Shown: positions 7,988 to 18,100, counted from the first letter of the stretch. The stretch is DNA of 30,753 nt from Candidatus Sulfobium sp. (GCA_037380845.1 JARRRI010000026.1:1-30753), one strand, 5' to 3'. Numbers and translations are program-made. The notes: generated by a model from the sequence alone, not told the origin.

Positions 7988-9552
7988 CCCAGCCCGTGAG
8001 CGACTACCAGGAGACCAACAAATGGCTCATAGCCGGTATGGTCATCATGGTGACCATCATGGCCGCCCTGGACATAAGCATCGTAAACGTTGCACTGCCT
8101 TACATGCGCGGCAACCTGGGGGCCTCGGTGGAGGAAATAACCTGGGTCGCCACCGGCTACATACTCTCCAACGTCATCATCATGCCCCTGGTCGCCATGA
8201 TGAGCGCGCGATACGGACGGAAACATTTCTACATGGCGAGCATTTTTCTTTTTACGGCGAGTTCCCTGCTCTGCGCCGTATCATGGGACCTTACCTCGCT
8301 CGTGGTATTCAGAATTGTACAGGGAGTGGGCGGCGGGGCGATTATCCCGGTGGGTCAGGCCATACTCAGAGAGAGCTTCCCGACCGAGGAGCAGGGGATA
8401 GCCATGGGCATTTACGGCTTCGGCGTCGTGCTTGGCCCGGCCTTCGGGCCGACGCTGGGGGGATGGCTTACCGATAATTTTTCCTGGCGGTGGATATTCT
8501 TCATCAACATTCCTATCGGGATACTCAACCTGCTGCTCATCACCCGCTTCCTCCACGATCCGCCCTATTTGAAGCGGGAGAAGGGGAAGATCGACCTTCA
8601 GGGCCTGGGGTTTCTCATTCTGGGCCTGGGGGCCCTGCAGCTCATGCTTGAAAAGGGCGAGACAAAGGACTGGTTCCAGTCGGATTTCATAGTTTATCTG
8701 GCCGTTATTTCGTTGGTTGGGATGGTCCTTTTTATCTGGCGGGAGATTACGGCGGACAGGCCCGCCGTGGACCTTCGTGTTCTCAAGAATGTGCCTTTTG
8801 CATCGGGGACGCTCCTGGTCGGGGTCCTGGGACTGGGCCAGTATGCCGCGTTGTTTATACTTCCGATGTTCCTTCAGCAATTGCTGGGCTACCCCGCTCT
8901 GGACTCGGGGCTGGTGCTCTTGCCCAGGGGGCTTTGCATGGCCCTCATCATGCCCATCGCCGGAAAGATGTACAACAGGCTGGGTCCGCGGGTCCTGATA
9001 GGGGCGGGTCTCATGGTCACTGCTGTCTCCTTCTGGCAGCTGTCTACAATGTCTTTGGATGTAGGGTTCTGGGAGCTCTTCATACCTAATATGCTGCAGG
9101 GAGGGGGATTCGGCCTCATCTTCGTTGCCCTGAGCACCGCCGTCCTCTCATCTATCGAAAAACCCCGGATGACCGCCGCCACGGGGCTCTATAACGTAGT
9201 AAGACAGGTCTTTGGAAGCGTGGGCATAGCCATCGCGGCCACCATTCTTACCAGGGGTGAGCAGACTTACAGGGCCGGGATTGTGAAAAACCTTAGCGTC
9301 TTTAACCCTGATATGACGGGATGTCTGAATGCCATGTCGCGAGTGATGGCCGGCAGCGGAGCGGGCCCTGTTACGGCACACCAACTGGCGCTGAAGCTGC
9401 TTGACGGACAGCTCATGAGAGAGGCCGGCATGCTTGCCTACAACCATGTTTTTCTGCTCGTGACAGCACTGTTCGTATTGTCCATACCGCTAATCTTCCT
9501 GCTCAGAGGCTATTCAACATCTCCGGCCGACAAAGAAATCTTAGTGGATTGA
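7984..9552 (+). CDS. DHA2 family (EmrB/QacA) 14-TM MFS efflux permease
   Basis: 'MAALDISIVNVALP', 'FRIVQGVGGG', 'GPAFGPTLGGWLTDNFSWRWIFFINIPIG'; GTGA overlap with tetR. Confidence 0.93.
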   Translation: MTQPVSDYQETNKWLIAGMVIMVTIMAALDISIVNVALPYMRGNLGASVEEITWVATGYILSNVIIMPLVAMMSARYGRKHFYMASIFLFTASSLLCAVSWDLTSLVVFRIVQGVGGGAIIPVGQAILRESFPTEEQGIAMGIYGFGVVLGPAFGPTLGGWLTDNFSWRWIFFINIPIGILNLLLITRFLHDPPYLKREKGKIDLQGLGFLILGLGALQLMLEKGETKDWFQSDFIVYLAVISLVGMVLFIWREITADRPAVDLRVLKNVPFASGTLLVGVLGLGQYAALFILPMFLQQLLGYPALDSGLVLLPRGLCMALIMPIAGKMYNRLGPRVLIGAGLMVTAVSFWQLSTMSLDVGFWELFIPNMLQGGGFGLIFVALSTAVLSSIEKPRMTAATGLYNVVRQVFGSVGIAIAATILTRGEQTYRAGIVKNLSVFNPDMTGCLNAMSRVMAGSGAGPVTAHQLALKLLDGQLMREAGMLAYNHVFLLVTALFVLSIPLIFLLRGYSTSPADKEILVD

Positions 9553-9565
9553 GCGAGCAATTTAC

Positions 9566-9685
9566 CACGGAGACACTGAGACACGGAGAAAATTGAACGA
9601 AAAGCAAGACTTACTTTCTCCCGTGATGCTGTGAGTTTCGCTCTCTTCCTTGATTTTTTCAGCTCCATGTCTCTGTGTCTCCGTG
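9566..9685. repeat. Inverted pair of 8-bp-period tandem arrays (CACGGAGA)n ... (TCTCCGTG)n
   Basis: CACGGAGACACTGAGACACGGAG (9566-9588) versus CTCCATGTCTCTGTGTCTCCGTG (9663-9685): 21/23 complementary, 74-bp spacer. Confidence 0.75.
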
Positions 9686-9732
9686 TCAAGAATGTGCATT
9701 CGATTCTGAGATCCTTAATACTTATCTGCCCC

Positions 9733-10308
9733 TTACTGCTCGTAAACGTTGGCGCCTTTGGGGACCTTGATGTCAAAGAGGGAATTCTTCAGGCCGGTGT
9801 TGGTCTTTACCGCCTTCAACTCTATCTCGATTACGTTCGAATAAGCGTCATGGATGGTGAACGAGCGGATCGGAAAGCCTGTGGCGGCCAGGGTTATTTT
9901 TATCGATGTGATCGCCCCCATCGGTTTTTTTGGCTTCAGCAGGAGGGAATTATCTTCCCCCGTGACGTCGAATTCCTGCCGCATGCTGCCGAAGCCGCTC
10001 AAAAGGGCTACAGGGGTCTGGCCGTAAGTAGACCTGTCAAACTTGCCCTTGTAGGCCTGGTTGTCCTTTGTTTTATAAATCAGAATGGTATCGCCGTTGA
10101 TGGTGACGTCCTGAGCCGTCTTCCCCCTATACACCCATTTCATTTTCAGCGGCGGCTTGATGAAGAATTCTCCCTTGTAGGTGTCCGTCCTGTCGAGGTC
10201 CTTCAGCACGCTGGTCTGTATGAAATTACCACTGAGGTCGTTGATGTGTTCATACGCCTTCTGGATACGCGCGATGCTCTCTTCCGTTCCGGAGGCGGAG
10301 GAGACCGG
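9733..10308 (-). CDS. lolA: Outer-membrane lipoprotein carrier LolA moiety (own start and most of its signal peptide missing; fused to FtsK)
   Basis: 'IQKAY...LSGNFIQ', 'GEFFIKPPLKMKWVY', 'TPVALLSG', 'LKNSLFDIKVPKGA' match the LolA pattern; canonical position downstream of ftsK. Confidence 0.8.
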   Translation of the reverse strand, partial: PVSSASGTEESIARIQKAYEHINDLSGNFIQTSVLKDLDRTDTYKGEFFIKPPLKMKWVYRGKTAQDVTINGDTILIYKTKDNQAYKGKFDRSTYGQTPVALLSGFGSMRQEFDVTGEDNSLLLKPKKPMGAITSIKITLAATGFPIRSFTIHDAYSNVIEIELKAVKTNTGLKNSLFDIKVPKGANVYEQ

Positions 10309-12372
10309 GGGCTTTCCGGCGGCCTTGGGCGGTCCCACCATTCCCTCCTCTTCCATGATTTCCATGATCCTCGCCGCCCGGTTGTATCCTATCTTGAACC
10401 TCCTCTGGATCGATGATATGGAAACTTCGCCGGCAGAGTCGGCAAATTCGACCGCCTTGTCAAACATATCGTCCTTCTCGGCGCCGTCATCCTCTTCTGA
10501 CGGCGGGGGCTCCGTCGGGATATCTTCGAATATGGAGAAGTCCGGGCTCCCCTGCGACTTGATAAAAGACGTTACGTCGCCGATCTCGGCCTCCGTCACC
10601 AGTGCTCCGTGGACCCGCATTGTCCTCGATCCGGGCAGCATTAGGAGCATATCGCCCTTACCCAGGAGCTGCTCGGCGCCCTGCATATCGAGGATCGTCC
10701 TGGAATCTATCTTTGAAAAGACCTGGAAGGATATCCGCGCCGGGAAGTTGGCCTTGATCAGGCCGGTTATTACATCCACCGAAGGCCTCTGGGTGGCTAT
10801 GATAAGGTGGATGCCGGCGGCCCTGGCCATCTGGGCGAGCCTCGTGATCGCGTCCTCCACTTCGTTTGATGAGGCGAACATAAGGTCGGCAAGTTCGTCT
10901 ATAAATACCACGATATAGGGCAGCCTCTCAGCGTCGGGTGCAAACCTGTTGAAACTGTCGATATTCCTCGCCCCTTTTTCGGCCAGGAGCCTGTATCTTC
11001 TCTCCATTTCTATGACCATCTTTCTCAGGGCCTCGGCGGCCTTCCTGGGGTTGGTGATCACGGGGGAAATGAGATGAGGGATGTCTTCATACATCGAAAG
11101 TTCGAGAAGTTTCGGGTCTATCATCAGCATCTTCACTTCGGAAGGCGAAGCCTTGTAAAGGATGCTCATGACCATGGAATTTATCGACACGCTCTTTCCG
11201 GCCCCGGTCGCACCCGCAACCAGCAGATGGGGCATCCTGGCCAGATCGGCGACTACCGGACCGCCGAATATGTCCTTGCCGAGGGCCAGCGTTATTTTTG
11301 AATAGCTCTTTCCGAACTTGTCGGAGGACAGCACCTCCCGGAGAGATACTATCTCTCTCCGTTTATTGGGCACCTCGATCCCTATAGCCGCTTTGCCGGG
11401 TATGGGAGAGACCCTCATGCTCTGGGCCTTCTGGGCGAGGGCCAGGTCGTCCGCAAGAGACACGACCCTGTTTATCTTGACGCCGGGGGCTGGCTCGAAT
11501 TCATACATCGTAACGACCGGTCCGGGGTGTACCTGCGTGATCCTGCCGTCGACGCCGAAATCAGCGAGCTTGTTTTCCAGGAGGGTGGAGTTTGACAGCA
11601 GCTCTTCTTTTGCCGGCCGGGCGGAAGGGTCGTAGACGGTGAGCAGGTCCACGGACGGGAGCGTATAACCGTCTGTCCCGGCGGCCGGCCTGGGGGGCTT
11701 TTCCGGTTTTTCCAGAACGGAACGCATCGTCGAGGGGTCTGTCTTCAGGGGCTCGTTCAGTATGGGGCCGGGCACTTTCCCGGGGCTCCGCACCAGAATG
11801 TCATCTTCGATTACCGATTTTTCCGCCCTCCTCTGAGGCCCCCTGCGCCGCCCGGTCTTCAGGTCTCGGGCAAAAGAACTCAGTGACACGGGGCTCAGGA
11901 GAATCAAAGACGAGAGAAAAGCCGAGATGGAACAAAGATAGGCCCCGAGGGTAGAGAGGTATTTTTCCAGAAAGCCTGCAGTCAGCGACCCCATGAGTCC
12001 GCCTGTATTCATTGTGGTGTCAGGATTGAAAGTCATATGCAGAAGGGAAAGCATGAGGGAAGAGGAAAATACAAAGAGCAGGGAGCCCCAGAAATATATC
12101 TTTTGGCCTGGTATGCCCAGAATCCTTCTGACCCCGAAGGCGATAATGAACACCGGGATTGCGAATGATGAAATACCGGCGAGGGTTATCAGCAGATCTG
12201 ACAGGTCGGCTCCCGCGACACCGCCGTAATTCCTGACCGTTCCCTGGGAAAAAGTAAAGACCGCCGGATCGAACTTCGAATAGCTGTAGAGGCTCAGTGC
12301 CAGGTAAACGCTGCCCAGTATTGCGACTACGCCGAGGATTTCTTCCCTTACCCTCTTTACCCTCTCAGCCAT
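9733..12372 (-). CDS. ftsK: DNA translocase FtsK (4TM - motor - gamma) running in frame into LolA
   Basis: 'HLLVAGATGAGKSV', 'IDPKLLEL', 'IDELADL', 'ATQRPSVDVITG', 'GAEQLLGKGDML', gamma 'IQRRFKIGYNRAARI'; no stop before the LolA moiety. Confidence 0.93.
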   Translation of the reverse strand: MAERVKRVREEILGVVAILGSVYLALSLYSYSKFDPAVFTFSQGTVRNYGGVAGADLSDLLITLAGISSFAIPVFIIAFGVRRILGIPGQKIYFWGSLLFVFSSSLMLSLLHMTFNPDTTMNTGGLMGSLTAGFLEKYLSTLGAYLCSISAFLSSLILLSPVSLSSFARDLKTGRRRGPQRRAEKSVIEDDILVRSPGKVPGPILNEPLKTDPSTMRSVLEKPEKPPRPAAGTDGYTLPSVDLLTVYDPSARPAKEELLSNSTLLENKLADFGVDGRITQVHPGPVVTMYEFEPAPGVKINRVVSLADDLALAQKAQSMRVSPIPGKAAIGIEVPNKRREIVSLREVLSSDKFGKSYSKITLALGKDIFGGPVVADLARMPHLLVAGATGAGKSVSINSMVMSILYKASPSEVKMLMIDPKLLELSMYEDIPHLISPVITNPRKAAEALRKMVIEMERRYRLLAEKGARNIDSFNRFAPDAERLPYIVVFIDELADLMFASSNEVEDAITRLAQMARAAGIHLIIATQRPSVDVITGLIKANFPARISFQVFSKIDSRTILDMQGAEQLLGKGDMLLMLPGSRTMRVHGALVTEAEIGDVTSFIKSQGSPDFSIFEDIPTEPPPSEEDDGAEKDDMFDKAVEFADSAGEVSISSIQRRFKIGYNRAARIMEIMEEEGMVGPPKAAGKPPVSSASGTEESIARIQKAYEHINDLSGNFIQTSVLKDLDRTDTYKGEFFIKPPLKMKWVYRGKTAQDVTINGDTILIYKTKDNQAYKGKFDRSTYGQTPVALLSGFGSMRQEFDVTGEDNSLLLKPKKPMGAITSIKITLAATGFPIRSFTIHDAYSNVIEIELKAVKTNTGLKNSLFDIKVPKGANVYEQ

Positions 12373-13124
12373 ATCCCTATAATTATAACAACTGCAAGAA
12401 GAAAGCGGTAATATACGAAAACGTTGATTGGATGGCGCTTGAAAAAGTCCAGCATGAACCTGACGGCGAAATACCCGGTTACGGCGGAGGCAACAAAGCC
12501 GGCCGCAAAGAGGCTGAAATCGTAGGAGACGTTGGCGGCGATCATTTTTCGGGAGTGCAGGAGCACGGCGCCTGCGATGACGGGCGTGGAAAGGAGAAAA
12601 GAGAACCTCGCCGAAGACTCCCGTTCGAGACCCCGGAAGAGGCCTGCCGAGATCGTTATTCCCGACCTCGACACCCCCGGTATCAGCGCGATCGCCTGTG
12701 CAATGCCGATAGCGACGGCGTCAGGAAGCTTTATTCCTGAGATGTCTTTATGTTTATACATCTTTTCAGAAAGAAGCATCACGAGACCTATGGCCACGAG
12801 AGAAGCCGTTATAACATAAGGGCTCCTGAGAGTATGTTCCACAAAATCGTTGAGCAGTACTCCGGCGATGCCTGCCGGGACCGTCGCAATAATGATCAGG
12901 ACAAAAAAGCGAGTCTTTTTTGTAATGATCTCCAGCCAGTCTCTCCAGAGACAGAACAGAAGAGCGCAGAGCGTTCCCGCGTGAAGGGCTATGTCGAACG
13001 TCAGGGAATCCAGGGCACCGCCCCAATGGAAAACCCAGGGGAAGAGGACCAGATGTGCAGTGCTGCTGACAGGCAGAAATTCCGTCAGCCCCTGGACAAT
13101 ACCCAATATAACGGCATCCAGCAT
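12357..13124 (-). CDS. uppP: Undecaprenyl-diphosphatase UppP/BacA
   Basis: 'GIVQGLTEFLPVSSTAH', 'PGVSRSGIT', 'ARFSFLLS'. Confidence 0.97.
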   Translation of the reverse strand: MLDAVILGIVQGLTEFLPVSSTAHLVLFPWVFHWGGALDSLTFDIALHAGTLCALLFCLWRDWLEIITKKTRFFVLIIIATVPAGIAGVLLNDFVEHTLRSPYVITASLVAIGLVMLLSEKMYKHKDISGIKLPDAVAIGIAQAIALIPGVSRSGITISAGLFRGLERESSARFSFLLSTPVIAGAVLLHSRKMIAANVSYDFSLFAAGFVASAVTGYFAVRFMLDFFKRHPINVFVYYRFLLAVVIIIGIWLRG

Positions 13125-13196
13125 TAAAAATTATAACAGATCGGGATGACTCGACGTGACGTCCCTGTCAGGCCGCTTAAAAAAAGTCTTAAGTTT

Positions 13197-13315
13197 GTTA
13201 TCCCCCGGCCTGTGTTGCCTCCGGCGCCGCCAGAGGCGGGTAAACTTGACCGGAGAATCCACGCGAGATATGAGTCGGAATGAAAAACCTGGATTTCCGC
13301 GCAAGCGGGAATAAC
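13197..13315. repeat. Degenerate REP-like composite repeat (same family as 7132-7209) with a nested GC hairpin insert
   Basis: GTTATCCCCCGG...CTTGACCGGAGAATCCA and TGGATTTCCGCGCAAGCGGGAATAAC; left arm interrupted by ~35 bp containing CCGCC-AGA-GGCGG. Confidence 0.65.
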
Positions 13316-13351
13316 GGGTAAAGGCCCCCGAAAATACTTTTTCAGCCCTGC

Positions 13352-13543
13352 TAACCAGATTATTCATGAAATGTGGCAGACGCGAAAGGACACAGTATTT
13401 TCGCTCATTCTCGGTCGTTACGACCTCCGAGGAACTTGCCCTCGTTATTTCAGGATACACAATGTCTGAATACCGGGCAAGTAAAAACGCTCAAACACTT
13501 TGCCCTTTCGCCATGCAGGAAAATTTGTGAATAAAGTGGGCTA
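13352..13543. mobile_element. Putative ~190-bp MITE with imperfect terminal inverted repeats and nested internal stems
   Basis: Ends TAACCAGATTATTCATGAAAT / ATTTGTGAATAAAGTGGGCTA; inner pairs GCGAAAGGACACAGTATTT/AAACACTTTGCCCTTTCGC (16/19) and ACTTGCCC/GGGCAAGT; TA at both ends. Confidence 0.6.
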
Positions 13544-15196
13544 AACCTCGAAGATGATCGGCATGATCATGGGTTTTCTGTCCATCGTGTTCCTGAGATA
13601 TTTTTTCAGGACGCTTCGGATTTTGGCCTGTATGAGAGACTTGTCTGCAATGATCTCGCTGTCGAGTTCCTTCATGCTGTTGTATACGAGTTCCTTGACG
13701 TCGTTGATGATCTCCTGGGAGGCGTCCTCGAAAACGAAACCCCTGGATACTATGTCCGGCCCGGAAACTATGGTGCCGGTCAGTTTTTCTATCCCGATTA
13801 CGATCAGAACGATTCCGTCGTGGGCCAGTCGCCGTCGGTCCCGGAGCACCATGTCCCGGACGTCGCCCACCCCTTTCCCGTCGACATATATCCTGCCCGA
13901 TGTAATTTTCCCGCTCTTCGCGGCCCCCGCCTCCGTAATTTCAAGCACGTCTCCGTCGTCCAGAAGAAAGATATTGGACTGCGGAATGCCGGTCTTCTCG
14001 GCCAGCCTGGCGTGATAAACCTTGTGCCGGAATTCTCCATGAACGGGGACAAAATACTTGGGTCGTACGAGGTTCAGCATGAGTTTGAGTTCTTCCTTTG
14101 AGGCGTGTCCCGACACGTGGATCTCAGAAACCTTTTCGTATATTACGTTGGCCCCCCTCCTGAACAGATGGTTGATGATCCTCCCTATAGACCGCTCGTT
14201 TCCGGGTATGATCTTGGCCGACAGGATAACTACGTCCCCCTCCTTGATGCTTATCGTCTTGTGCTCCGCCGTCGCAATACGTGAGAGGACGCTCATCGGT
14301 TCCCCCTGACTTCCCGTGGTGATGATAACTACCTCTTCATCCCTGAGGTCTTTGAGGTTTTCGAGGTGGAGCCATATGTTCTGAGGTATTCTGAGATATC
14401 CCAGGTCCAGGGCTATCCTGGCGTTTGAAACTATGCTCTTGCCGGAAAGGATCACCTTTCTCCCGAACATGGCGGCAACGTCGATCACCTGCTGTATTCT
14501 GTGGATATTGGAGGCGAAGGTGGCGACAATTATCCTTCCCTTTGCCTCCGCGAAGATATCCTCGAAGGACCGGCGCACCTCTTTTTCCGAAAAGGTGAAC
14601 CCCCCTTTTTCGGCGTTCGTGCTGTCTGAAAGGAGAAGTACGGTGCCCCTTTCCCCGTATTCGGAAAAACGGTGGAAGTCCATCAACTGTCCGTCGACGG
14701 GCGTAGGATCGAGCTTGAAATCCCCCGTATGCACCACAAGTCCGACGGGGGTCTTTATGCCGAAACCGACACCGTCGACTATGCTGTGTGTGACCCTTAT
14801 GAACTCTATTTCGAACACCCCGAGGGTAACTATTTCCCGGGGCATCATCGAGTTGAGCTCTATGTGTTCGAGGTTATGCTCGCGAAGCTTTTCCCTGACA
14901 AGGCCCAGAGTCAGAGGAGTTCCGAAGACGGGGACGTTGAGTTCCTTGAGGAAGAAGGGCAGGGCCCCGGTATGGTCTTCGTGACCGTGGGTGATGACTA
15001 CCCCCCGCACCTTCTCCCTGTTTTCGAGCACATAAGTGAAATCCGGAATTACGAAATCGACACCCGGCATGTCTTCCTGCGGGAACATGAGTCCGGCGTC
15101 TATCACTACCATGTCGTCCCCGTATTCAAGGACGGTCATGTTGAGGCCTATTTCCTCGACGCCTCCCAGGGGAATTACGGAGAGGGTATTATTCAC
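13541..15196 (-). CDS. rnj: Ribonuclease J
   Basis: 'PLGGVEEIGLNM', MBL motif 'THGHEDHTG', 'HTGDFK', 'TGSQGEP', 'HVSGHA', 'PVHGE'. Confidence 0.97.
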   Translation of the reverse strand: MNNTLSVIPLGGVEEIGLNMTVLEYGDDMVVIDAGLMFPQEDMPGVDFVIPDFTYVLENREKVRGVVITHGHEDHTGALPFFLKELNVPVFGTPLTLGLVREKLREHNLEHIELNSMMPREIVTLGVFEIEFIRVTHSIVDGVGFGIKTPVGLVVHTGDFKLDPTPVDGQLMDFHRFSEYGERGTVLLLSDSTNAEKGGFTFSEKEVRRSFEDIFAEAKGRIIVATFASNIHRIQQVIDVAAMFGRKVILSGKSIVSNARIALDLGYLRIPQNIWLHLENLKDLRDEEVVIITTGSQGEPMSVLSRIATAEHKTISIKEGDVVILSAKIIPGNERSIGRIINHLFRRGANVIYEKVSEIHVSGHASKEELKLMLNLVRPKYFVPVHGEFRHKVYHARLAEKTGIPQSNIFLLDDGDVLEITEAGAAKSGKITSGRIYVDGKGVGDVRDMVLRDRRRLAHDGIVLIVIGIEKLTGTIVSGPDIVSRGFVFEDASQEIINDVKELVYNSMKELDSEIIADKSLIQAKIRSVLKKYLRNTMDRKPMIMPIIFEV

Positions 15197-18100
15197 CGGG
15201 GAACACCTCCACGTGATCCCCGCCCTTTTGGACGGCGGCAGAGAGTGCGGTTTCGGCGTTTCTTACGAAGTCCTCCGGCGACTGCTCCCCGAATGACGCC
15301 ACTCCGATGCTCACCGTAATCCGGCCCAGCGGCTGGGTCTCTTCGCAATGGAACGGATGGTTGCGGATCAGTGCTGCGAACCTCCTGCCCAGGACAAGGC
15401 CCGAAAAAAGCTGCGTGTTGGGAAGGATCATGCAAAAAGCATCTCCTCCGTACCTGACCACGATATCCGCCCCCCTCGCATTTTTTCTGAGAAGCCGGGC
15501 GATATTCTTCAGGACGAGATTACCGCGGTAGCTTCCGTTGAGCTTGATGTAGATACCGAAGTCGTCTATGTCGAGCAGGATCAGCGTTAGAGACAGCCTG
15601 TATCTGACGGAACGGCTCACTTCCTGGGCGAGCCTCAACTGGAAATACCTGTGGTTGAACAGTTCCGTCAGCTCATCTACAAGGCCCGCCCTTTTCGGGT
15701 GCATTATTTCCAGGTCCTTAAGATGCATCACAAGGTCTGTTGCCGCGAGCGCATCCCGCTTCACTATCCGCTCTATCTGGCCGGCCATATTCATCCTCTC
15801 ATCAATCGGGAGGTCCTTGTCCGTAAGCGCAAACACCGGTATGCCGGCTGTAGCAATGTTGCCCTTCAGCTTCTTGATTACTTCCAGCCCGGGGCTGTCC
15901 AGATCTACCAGTATTGCATGAGGTTTAGTCGTGAGGGCCAGTTCGACGCCTTCTTCCTGTCCGGAAGCCGAGTGAAAGACGAACCCGTTATCCAGCGCAA
16001 AACTGCAGACATAATCCCGGGTTCCGGGATCGCTGGACATGAGGAGGAGCGACATCGGCGCGCCCCCGTTGCTGCTTTTGCAGGAGTTAAGGTCGCTTAA
16101 CTTGCCGAGGAGGACATTCTTGTCAACAGGTTTCAACAGATAGTCGGACGCCCCCAGCGTGTAAGCCAGGTCCTGGTTGTCGACAATCGAGTGGATAAGC
16201 ACCGGGATGGTGCCGGTCTCCGGGTCCGTCTTGAGTTCCTGAAGGACCTCCCACCCGTCTTTCTTCGGCAGCATTACATCCAGGGTGACGGCGAACGGCC
16301 TGAATTCCTTCGCCTTTGAAATGGCTTCGATGCCGTCGTAGGCGTGGGCGACCCTGTAGCCCGCCCTGCTCAGATGTATGGTCAGGATCTCCGAGGTGGG
16401 CAGGTCGTCCTCGACTACAAGGACGAGCGGCGCCTCCTTCCTAAGCCAGGGATACGTCTGGACGGCGGGGGTAAAGGCACCCTCCTCTTCCTTTTTGCGT
16501 TCCGTCACAACCGGCAGGTAAAAAATGAAGTCGCTGCCCTCACCGTATTTGCTGTGTACGCTTATCCTGCCTCCGTGCAGATCGACCAGCCTCTTTGTAA
16601 GGGAGAGACCGAGACCCGTCCCCTGGAAAGTTTTCGACATAGATGGGTCGGCCTGCTCGAATTCGTCGAATATCCTGTCTATGTCGTTTTCCCGTATTCC
16701 GATACCCTTGTCCCAGACAGTGACCTTCATGAAATGCTGGTCGTTCAGGGCCCGGGATAACCGGCGGTCGGCGTTTACGAGAAACTCGGCCCTGATCCCT
16801 ATATGTCCTCCCTCGGGTGTAAATTTTATGGCGTTGGAAACGAGGTTGTAAAGGATCTGCTTTAGCTTGACCTTATCCGCATAAAAGGTCCCTACGTCCG
16901 GATCTATCTCCACATTCACGACGACTGATTTCCTGGAGGCAAGAAAGCCCATGATCATCACCACTTCGTCCACTGCCTCCCTCAGGTCAAAACTTTCATA
17001 GAAGAGTTCCAGTTTGCCCGCCTCTATCTTGGCGAGATCGAGGATGTTGTTCACAAGCTGCAGAAGGTGCTTTCCGGACGAGGAGATATTCGAAAGATGA
17101 CGGAACTGTTTTTCGTTAAGGTCCCCGTATGTCTTTTCGAGCAGAATTTCGGAAAAACCGAGTATGGAATTAAGGGGGGTCCGCAATTCATGGCTCATGT
17201 TCGAGATAAACCTTGCCTTAATCTGGTTTGCCCGCGCGAGATCAAGGTTTATCCTTTCAAGCTCACGAGTCCTTTCGACCACCTTTTCCTCAAGGCTTGC
17301 GTTGAGGGCCTTCAGCTCATTCCTGAGTCTCTTCTCTTCGGTGATGTCCTTGCTTACCCCCACTGTTCCGATCACCTTCCCGGTCTTGTCCCTGAGTCTG
17401 GATATCGTAAGGCTGATATCGACGACGGAACCGTCTTTTCTGTGAAGTCTGGTCTCATGGTTGCAAACAATGCCCTTTCTTCTGAGAGTGTGCAGTATAT
17501 GGTCCCGTTCGTTCGCGTCTACGTAAAGGCCGGACGCGCTCATTCCTGTCAACTCATCCTTTGAATAGCCGAGTATACGCTCACCTCCGCGGGAGAACTC
17601 CACGATCTTCCCTTCCATATCGGTCGTTGCGATCATGTCCTGTGAATCGTTCAGGACGCCTTTCAGATAGGCTGTCTTTTCATCGAGGTCTGCGACGACA
17701 CGGTAGAGCTCGTCGAGGATTTTGGACTTGTCTATGGCCTGGGCCGCCTGCAGTCCGAAGAGCCGGATGAGGTTTTTCTGTCTTTCGGAGAACCGTCTCG
17801 GTTTAAAGTCGTCCAGGTAAAGGACGCCGACCACATTGTCGTCTATCATAAGGGGATAGGCGAGGACGGATTTGATGCCGTCCCTGATCACTCCGTAATT
17901 GTCCAGAAAAGGGTATTCCGAGACGTCTTCGATTTCTACCGGCTCCCTCCGGCTCAGGATGAAAGATGTCAAACCGTTCGGTCTCGGCTTCCAGCGGGGC
18001 ACGTTGAGGACAGATGAGCTCAGGCCCTTGGAGACTGCAAGGACCATCCCGCCGCGGTCGCAGAGGGCGATGCTTCCCGCCGGCATGTCTGTGAGTCTCA

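Noticed and set aside
13131..13460. 109-aa ORF between rnj and uppP
   Set aside because: It is made up of stacked palindromic elements, with no SD or protein motif.
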